64,000 nt of DNA from Lepidodermella squamata. Taxonomy: Eukaryota; Animalia; Gastrotricha. Location of the stretch: NCBI GenBank assembly GCA_047495785.1, contig JBLDXI010000020.1, forward strand, positions 930,001 to 994,000, in the 5' to 3' direction. The notes under the pieces were generated by a model. That model was not told the DNA's origin. It ran no database searches and worked only from the letters and a program-made list of their open reading frames with translations. The translations under genes and the position numbers were made by a program. Position 1 is the first letter of the stretch, and each line of letters opens with the position of its first letter. This document shows positions 47,377 through 56,468 of this stretch, in pieces.

Positions 47377-49870
47377 TCAAAACTTTGTTGGTATGCCGCC
47401 AGAATATGCAGGTGGTAGTGGCTGCTTACTAGGGCTGTTAGGGGCGAGCTGAAAGCCGTAGTTGAAGTTCGGAGGCGGAGCATTCAGCAGAGCACTGCCT
47501 CTGTTTGGTGGTACCAGCATTCCACCACGTTGGCTCATAGATCCGGGGCGAATCATGCTTCAAAAGGAAAGAAAATGTAGTGAAATGATTAAAAAGGATA
47601 GACTGATTACTTTTGAAGGTGCATTGAACGTCGCCTTGTCACGGGGCCCTTGTACCCATCGTTAACCTCAGCTGAAGTTATGTTGGATCGACAAGCCAGA
47701 CGGCCGATGACGATAACGATGAGATCAATCAGTAGTTGGACGTACTCGAACAATGTCATAAAGCTGAATCCGAAGAACAGGCCGACAATGCCACCGAAAT
47801 ATGCGACAAGATCAGTGAACGACATGTTCTCATTATCAATAACTGTCTGATAGTTGAAGTCCTTGAAAAAGATGTAGACCTCGGCAAAGTTGTTGCCAAC
47901 GCCGTAAGCAGCCATCTCTTCTTCATTGCCGTATTTCGCCTTCATTTCCGGTGCATATGGGGTGCCACTTACGCACTCATAGTAGGCTGCAGCTGACTTG
48001 GCTACTCCATCCTTGGTTTTTGCTTGGTCAACCAACGTGCTCGTCGTCATGCATGTTGGATCGCTCTGGTTGGTCCGTGCTTTCATTGTTTCGTAGATGC
48101 CATTGCAGACAAGTTGCAAGTTCGCTGTCGTCGCAACTGGCCATTGCAGCGTCGAGATAGAAGTCTCGTATTTGTGCGCCTTGCAAGTGTTCGGGCATTT
48201 GCAGGACAAAGCTCCCGTTTGGTACGAAACAGCAACCGTGTTTTTGCAGTTCCAATCAGTCATGTTAGCAGAGTTGTACATGCAGGGCGCTAGCTTGCCG
48301 CCGTAGTCGCCAAACGCCTTGCCGGTGCTAGGATAGTAAAAGTCGTAGCAGCTACAAACCCGCATTACTTCCTGAAGCATAATTTTGATTAAAACTCGAA
48401 AATTTCCGATAAGACAACCTTTTGGTAGCAAGTTTTCAAACAAGCCGATTCGGTGTAAGCGACCTCCATCATATTGGTATAAGCATTTCGCTCGTCGTCG
48501 GGTATGAAGTTTGGCTCGTCAACACAGTCCGAATATTGGGCTGAGAAGATGTAGTTGTCGAGAACACCCAGCTTTTCGATGTAGCTCATTGAAATGCCGA
48601 CACGGGTCGACGTGCCTGGAGACACGAAGAAGCCACTCTCTTCCGGGAACGGCATTTCAGTCTGGTTATGCACGACAATGCGCCATCCGACTTGCTTGGT
48701 CGTATTCATGTAATTGTCAATATCTGGTACGAAAAAGCTTCATCCTGTTCAAAATTTTATAGCTGAAAGCTGATACCTGCGTGCAAGAGTAGGTAAAGCC
48801 CGTATTGGTCCCCAGTCTGCCACGAAATTCGGACCCCGTTGCCATCATCGCCTGTTTTGATCTTCCAAGTATCCGTACTCTCTGTTTTCTGATCTGACAG
48901 CTTGTAACCGCCGTTGAACGTGTAACAGTTACCTTTTATTAAGGAAGATTAATTTGCTGAATGATACAGTATTATCAACAAACCGTAGTATGAGTTCCAA
49001 TGCCACATAGTAAAATTAGTGTCTGGATTCAGGCTTTCCCCTTGCCAAGTCATCGACATTACCATATCACATAGCTATCGATAAAAGTCGTTGAAATCGA
49101 ATTCATCTTCAATATCTAGCTAACCTGGTGCCCGGCAGATGTTCGATTTTCATAGGGCAGAGTGCAGGCCTTTGCTTGCAGCGTCATCGCCTGCTCCAAA
49201 GAAGCCGCTACATTGGCAATCGGCTTGCTTGCTGAGTTTGCTGTATTGGAGACCACATTCGTAGTAGGCGGAGTTGACACCGCCCCTAAAATGTTAGTTG
49301 GTCCCGGCGGAACTTGTCGCTTTAACAGGGGATAAAATCGTATAGCGAACATTTTTTTAAGATAGATCTAATAACTTTTTTTCGGCCTGGTGGTGCCGGT
49401 CCAGGTGCTGCAGGCGCTGGACCTGGGGCACCAACTATCCCCATTACCGGCGTAGTCCCAGCAGCTGGATCTGATATGGCATTAAGTTCGTCTAATGAAG
49501 TGACCTTAACGCAAATTCCTAATTATTGAAACTTCAAAACTCAGCATTTCCTTACTGGATTGTTATTACACAAAGTAATAGCAGGAAACGGCAGAAGTCG
49601 AGCGGTTTTCATTGAGACAGCTGTGTTAGCCTCCCACGACAGAAAGGTTCCGAGGAAAGTTAGAATTTCCCACATCAGTCCAAGGGTGCAAAACATAATT
49701 GCGATAATCCAGAAGAGCTTCTTCAAAACGCCTGGTTGCTTTATCAGCATAGGAACGCCCTGCAGCGTCGTCTCGAGGAAAAACGTCTTCAGCCATGTCC
49801 CGATTTTCAGGGTTTGCAACGGCTGCGGCTCAAAGTCTTCCTCGTCCACGTAAAATCGCCAGATATGCAT
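47377..49870 (-). CDS. DEG/ENaC channel subunit 9 (about 7 introns)
   Basis: MHIWRFYVDEE start, ETTLQGVP, FPAITLCNNNP, GRKK|RQ across an intron, TM2 VAYFGGIVGLFFGFSFMTLFE, tail LPPAY. Confidence 0.93.
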
Positions 49871-50824
49871 TTTTTGAATGTTATTAACACGGATTTCGTG
49901 AAAAACCAAAAAAAATTTAAGAGCCAAGCATGTTTGATTTTTCTGTTCAATAATTCATTCGCGTCACGAGATTTGAAAAAGCTTTCAGGTTCGATTGGTG
50001 CATGTTTTGCAAACACAACTCGCCGACACCAGGAAACAATCACTCAAAGCTGTAAATTCATGCAATTGAATAGGGTAGTAGCAAATTTTTTACGAGGGGA
50101 CTTAAAAACAGGTCAAAGTAATAAAAAGTGAGCATTCGGCGTTATTAGCGCTGCTCGAAAAAGTGGGTCAATGACCCTTGCGGAGGCTGAAAAATGTCAC
50201 GAAGCCTTACAAGCACAGGAAAGGTCAGTGTCGAAAGACTTGCCTTATCTTGGGCAACTCGGTAATTCATCAACAGACGAAGACAGTTAAACTGGAATTA
50301 AGCTAAAAAAACGTTGAAAAAAATTGTTTCCAAAACAGGTCAACAATTAGTCTATTCACGTGTTTGCCCGGGTTTGATCAAAATTTCAAGAAAATTTTCC
50401 AAATTTTCCCATAATGCTACCATATTTAAAAGATGCATTGCATTTTAAAATCCGACGTTTATCTTGATGGTACCCAACTTCTCCCTTTTTTAGCCGAAGT
50501 TGCTTCAAATCATCCCAAATGGCGGCACATAGTGGGAAAAACAATGAAATCCATTCTTCACGGACTTCACCACCTTGTTATTCAATTAACAGAAGAGATG
50601 CAAATACACCGACTGATCGAATTCTTACGTGCCCAATTTGTCAAGTGTCAGGAATAATCAAATTTCCGATTCTTGGGAATGCACACGTCATATGATTTGC
50701 TTTAGACGGAAGGTGTTGACCAGTAAAATTCAACCTTTTAATCACTCCTGTGAAATCTAATAGAGCGAAAATTTATCTTATTCTTCATTTTCATCAGTTT
50801 TGATCGTGCCTGCGTTCGCTAAAC

Positions 50825-52469
50825 ATGCCGCAATGCTTGGTAAGCCTGGGCCCACCTACGTGCCCAATAATAAATGCCAAAATAAGATATGCCATATTCA
50901 GAATAGTACTTAATTTATCGCTGGATTGATGATGAAAGCTGATTTTTCAGGTGTGTGCATTACCTACCCTCGGCATTCGCTGCGGCGTCATCGCGTGTGA
51001 CTCGTGCAAGAAGTTTTTCCTGCGACACCGGCATAAAAATCTCGCATCTTACCTGTGCGCATCAGGCAGTGGTGATTGCATTTCAGCGAATCGTCCCGAT
51101 GCGATTCACTTGAATAACTCGCAGCGAGACAAGTACTGCGTCCGATGCCGGCTCGCTCGCTGCTTCGAAGTTGGCATGCGGGTTAAAGCTGATGGGAATA
51201 GATCGATTGAAAGCCCTACGCCTGAAAGCAGTCAAAGCAGTTCCCGCCAGGGTGTTGAAGCTTCCAGCTCGCAGAGCAGCCAACTTTCCCCAATCCTTCG
51301 AATGCCTGTTCTTCATTTTCACCAGCCTGAAAAAATTACTCCTGCTGGCTCAACCCTGAAAATGGCGATGATAGCCGTTGCTGAGCTGGCATCGGCCTTC
51401 CAATCCGTGAAAAACGACTGATTTTTATTCAATCCTAAATTAATATTTTCCTTTAATAAGATGCCATGGACTTTGAATGCAGCGTTGAATGTTCCGAATG
51501 ATACCTTCATGTGGCAATACACGATGGATAATTTTGGCTATCTCGTAAAATCAGCTGTAGATTACGTGAAACGGCTTCAAGGTAATTCAGATTTGGTCCT
51601 GGAAATAAGAAATAATTTCGAAAAAAATAAGATTATCTGCGGTTGCCAATGGCGGATCGATGCCGATTATTTTCTCAAGCTCTGGTGCCCATGTTGGCAA
51701 TTCAAGGTTATACTGAATTTGAATTTGATTTAAACATAATTTATGAATTTTTTTATTAAATAGTTACCATGCCTGGAATCGATCCATCGATGAGATTTTT
51801 CTTCATGCCACCAACACTACGTCGCCAATTTCTGAGATATTTCCCAAGTTACGAGGTCAGCCTTTCAATTCCTAGAATAACTTATCCCATTAAATGGAAA
51901 TGTCAGGTATTGGAAAACGAGCTTGAAGAGTTGGCAATCGTTATGGATAAATGGAAACCGAATTTCGCTGAATATTCACTACTTCAAGCGATGATATTTT
52001 TCCGAAGTTTGTAATTGAAATTTCGGATTTTTGTTGTTGCAAACTTTGATTTTTGAGATCAGGCGATTGTTTGTCGAAGCTTTCATGCCCTCATATTGTC
52101 AGCAACGCGAATCGGCAGCTGCAAATGGCCTTGGACACTTACCAATCAGCGACATACGGCGAATCAGCGATTTTGCGGGTTAGCCTCGAGGAAAAAAGTA
52201 TAATTTTAGCTAATTTAGCAAATTTAATTTTACAGAGACACTATTTTTACCGCGTCTACAATTCAGTGCTATCAACATTTCAAGGCAATTACGAGTCGAT
52301 AATTCGCCAACTTTCCTTCAATCGGCCGGACTTGATTCACGCGAATCGACTGTTTGCCGATATGTACCAATTGATGGACGCTCGAGAGTGCGAAGCCCAA
52401 TACCGCGTTTTAGGCGGACCAGATCTTGCCGTTCAAGCCGATCTCTCAAATTCCAGTTCCCTTGAATAA
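50825..52469 (+). CDS. Divergent nuclear receptor A (C4 zinc-finger DBD + LBD)
   Basis: MPQCL|VCALPTLGIRCGVIACDSCKKFF...CASGSGDC...CVRCRLARCFEVGM. LBD-like YVKRL...ADRCRLF and WKPNFAEYSLLQAMIFF. Confidence 0.85.
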
Positions 52470-52507
52470 ATAAAATTTAATTGAAACAAATAAATATTCA
52501 AATTTAT

Positions 52508-53444
52508 TTAATTGATTAATTTTGCAATTATTATAATAACAAGGTATGAAAGAAATAGCGGCTTAATGACAGTTCTTGCTATCTCGAACGCCCTTTGCCG
52601 TAGAAGTAAGCCTTCGACCTCTCCATGGGCCTTCAAACAAGCCCGCCAGTAAGCTGTTGCTCCCGTTTGATTCCTATCGTGGATTGAAGCTCCATTTTCC
52701 AGCAGCAATTCGACAATTTTCGAATGCCCGTTTTCACTCGCGGCAATCAACGGCGTGGTACCGACTTGATTCCGGGCGTTTAACTTAGCTCCTCTAGCAA
52801 TTAAATCTGAAGCAATTGATAACCAACCCCTTTCACTCGCAACTATCAGCGCCGTATTGCCGTACTGATCGCTAATCTCAAGATCAATCGGTGTGCTAGA
52901 TAAATCGAATAAAATTCGAAATATATCGTAACGGCCGAAATAGCAGGTGGTGATAAGAGCCGTTTCGCCAATTTCATTTTGAGTGTTAAGATCGGCGCCA
53001 TTTCTAACAAGAATCTCGGCTACTTCCGCATGATTTTCCAAGCAGGCGCTAATTAGTGGTGTATCGCCGAAGCGGCCTCGAGATTCAATATCAGACCCAG
53101 CCGCTAACAGAGTTCGAACAATATGGGCATGACCTATTAAAAAAGTTTCAATTTTTGGAAATTTTGCGGAATTTTGATAAAATACCTGCCTGGCAAGCTG
53201 TAATGAGTGCGGTTTCACGTAGGTGATTTCGCGTTTCCAACGCTTCTCGTGGCCAAATTTTCAGTAGGTCTTCAACGACTCGCAATCGACCGGCTGCTGC
53301 TGCAACTGTCAGGGCCGTATCTCCGATTTGGCTTCGCTCGAACCCGCCTTCACCTGCTCGATGGGAGTATATATTCACATTGGATGAAAATATAATACTG
53401 CGGTCTTCATCCTCGGAGAAAGCGTCCTCCTCGGGTGTCATCAT
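52508..53444 (-). CDS. Ankyrin-repeat protein with C-terminal hydrophobic anchor, 2 exons
   Basis: About seven GxTAL/TPL...G repeats (GDTALTVAA, GDTPLISAC, GNTALIVAS, GTTPLIAAS) and tail LFLSYLVIIIIAKLIN. Confidence 0.88.
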
Positions 53445-53675
53445 TGAAATTCCAGTCGATTTTTTAGGGCATTAAAACTAACTGCCCTTACTCTCATAAT
53501 CGTCCCATGAGCATCGTAATTTTACTGCCGTTCTTATTCACACGCAAATTTTATTTTTCAAAGGCTCAAAGGCTAATTCAGTGATTTTACAATCAAGCGT
53601 TTATTTGAGCAGAAAAAAATGATGAAAAGGTGCGCACTCAAATTATTAAATAAAAATAACAACGTAAAATAATAT

Positions 53676-55181
53676 TCAAGGCTCGAAATTCAGGCCCAAA
53701 TAGCCAGCCCGTTGATTACGATCGGCAATAGACAGGTAGAACATCTCACAGAATAAACGGTTGTTATGAACGAGGTCGGGACATTCGCGGCATAACGCGG
53801 ACACAACTTCTTCGTATCGCCGCTCAATATTTCGCAGCAAATCATAAGCTCGGCGAAAGTAAAGCATCTAAAATTTGAAAAAATTAACAAAATAAATTAG
53901 TCATTTCAGCGGAAATTACTTGGTTTTGATCCACTCGCGACCTTGGCAGAGATGTCAACGCAACTGACAGGCGTCGATTCGCCTCAAGGACGCTTTCAGG
54001 GTTTTCGAGCATTGACAGCGTATCAACTGGAAAAATAATGTTAATTCGAAAAAAATTGGAAATAATAATTACTTCGGAAGAAAATTAGAGCCTGTAGTAA
54101 AGATAGCTGGTTTGCGTCTGGCCTCCACGCCGATAAAACATCAACAATTGCGTCAATATCAGGCTCAATCATCTATCGATCGAAATTTGAGCGTTAATTT
54201 AAAACAATTACCGCAATTTTACCTTGTAAATTGGGAAGAAATTCAGGAACATCGATTTTGTCGCGGGATTCATGCCAAGAAAGCTGGAGTCATAGGACTT
54301 GCTCAAGGCGACCTGAGTCATCACCAGAGGAATGAAACCTCCGGAGAATAGATGGCACTTGTCCCCAGGACTAAGTGGTACAATGCCTAATTAATTATGC
54401 TTAATTAAACACGAAATATGTTAATAGCAAAATATTGATCACCTGTCAACATGCGGATATAACGAAGCCCAGCTTCTACTGCGGATGTGAAATTAACCAT
54501 GGCATGTTGCCACATGTCATGATAGCTCGGAACTTCCTCGTATTTCAGCGTCCAGGGTAGCTGAAATCTAAACGTGAATGTTCAGAAAAAAAATCGACAA
54601 AAAATGCCAACCTGCTGTATCGGGCTGAGCTCAAACCCGGCCTTAATCGCAACACTCAGCGTTGTTTCAGCGACGGCGTTTTCCGGGCTTGGAGGGGCTA
54701 TCATCAACGGCGCTTGTTTCTGGTCGAATGATGCTGGTGGCGTTTGAACGGGGCTGCCTGATTGACTTCGATCTCTCAGAACGCGCATTCCAATTGCGAG
54801 GCATTTATCAAGGCGGCATTTAGGGCAGTACAGCGTCCGTTTGCTGTACTGAAGGTGAGCGGCGACGTGGTGATTTTTCGTCAAGCAATCGTGCGAACCG
54901 GAGACGCACCTCAATTGAGCCGTATTATTTCTGTTCCGCAGGAAAAATTTCTAGAAATAAATTTTTTAATTATTTTCAAATTATTTTTAAGAAAGGTTTA
55001 CTTTGCAAGAATCGCATGCCAAAACTCCGCATCGTATGCCAGTCGCAGGTAGGTCACAAACCTGATTCGGAAAAAGAAGGGTATTGAAACTTTGCGAAGA
55101 ATTCTACTGTCAAACCCCGCATTGCCGATCGCGCAGTTTCGCGTTAGTTTTCAGTCCGTCGTAGGCTAGGTTAAAATCCAT
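53676..55181 (-). CDS. Divergent nuclear receptor B
   Basis: Spliced RQCG|VCDLPATGIRCGVLACDSCK|KFFLR...CVSGSHDC...CPKCRLDKCLAIGM. LBD paralogous to receptor A (PDLVHNNRLFCEMF). Confidence 0.85.
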
Positions 55182-56468
55182 AGATATTTCGAATTACCAG
55201 GTAGTTATTCTGAAAAAGAGTATAAGTCTGCAATGACACAGGGTGGGTGATGAGAAGTGAACTGTCAATTTGAATTAATGTCTTCATTGTATCTGACACG
55301 TGGTTGAGTGTTGATGAGTTGAAAAAGGAGACTGGCCTTAAAAAAAAGCAACGCGAGAACACCCACAACTGAGTGTTGCGCAACAATCGGCAAAAAATGT
55401 TCGGTTTAGCAAGGACAAGCTGAGCTATTAGCTATCTGAGGACATTGCAGTTTCATCCGCACCCGCTATAACCAGTTGTATCGCTGAGTGCGATTTTACT
55501 TCACCCTGGCAGCTAACTACATACATATAGTTCATTGGCGTGATCAACCTTTCAGGCTCCGCAAGGCAGAGAATCTAAGATTATACTAATAAGCGTCGAT
55601 CTGACAGAGCTCAGAGGAAACAGGGATTATTTCGCAGGCTCATTAGATTCCAAAGACTTTCAATACTTAATAAATATTTGAATAAAATCTGCCACCTAAT
55701 TTACTATTTTTGAAGGAGAAGGTCTCAGCCATCAACCATTGGAAAATCTGAGGCGCTGGGCTACAAGCTAAAAATTTGCTTAAAAAATCTTCGAGCATAG
55801 CAAAATATTTTTTTGCTTCACATTTGTTGCTTGAACAGAAAATTCAATAATTTTAAAAATTGACCTTGACATTTTTTTAAACTCCATATCTCATAAGCTG
55901 CGTTGGAATTTGGAATTCGCTATCAAGGGTTCAAATCCATCAACATGCATTTTTTATTTTTTATTTTGTTTTTTATTCCTTTAAATCTGCTCGCAAATTT
56001 CATCTCGCTTAATAATGTGAACTTCGAACCCAGTCTAAATATTCACACTGAGCTGTCCGAAATTACCCCAGTTGTGTCCGAAATTAGCCGAGTCAGTTAC
56101 CCAAGAATATACCTGTTCAAGTTTAGGTATATTTTTACCGTCATTAACACTAGAATATGCAGTTTTTCAAAGCGCATCTTTTGGCGAAACCGCGTGAATA
56201 AATTCGTTCTCTCGAAAAACGAAGCACGAAAAACTCGTTTTTGTCCGAAATAAAACCAGCTTACGGTACGTTATTTATAGGTATACGGCTCGCTTTAATA
56301 AGGCAAAATACCCATTTATGACGTTAATATAAATTTTGCCGTTTTATTTTGCTCTTTATTGACAATACTTTCAGTAATATATAATATTGATATTCATCGC
56401 AAATACAGGCTATAATATTGATGTAATACGCGAAATTATCTTAAGCGACAGTCTTCCGCAGTGTTATT

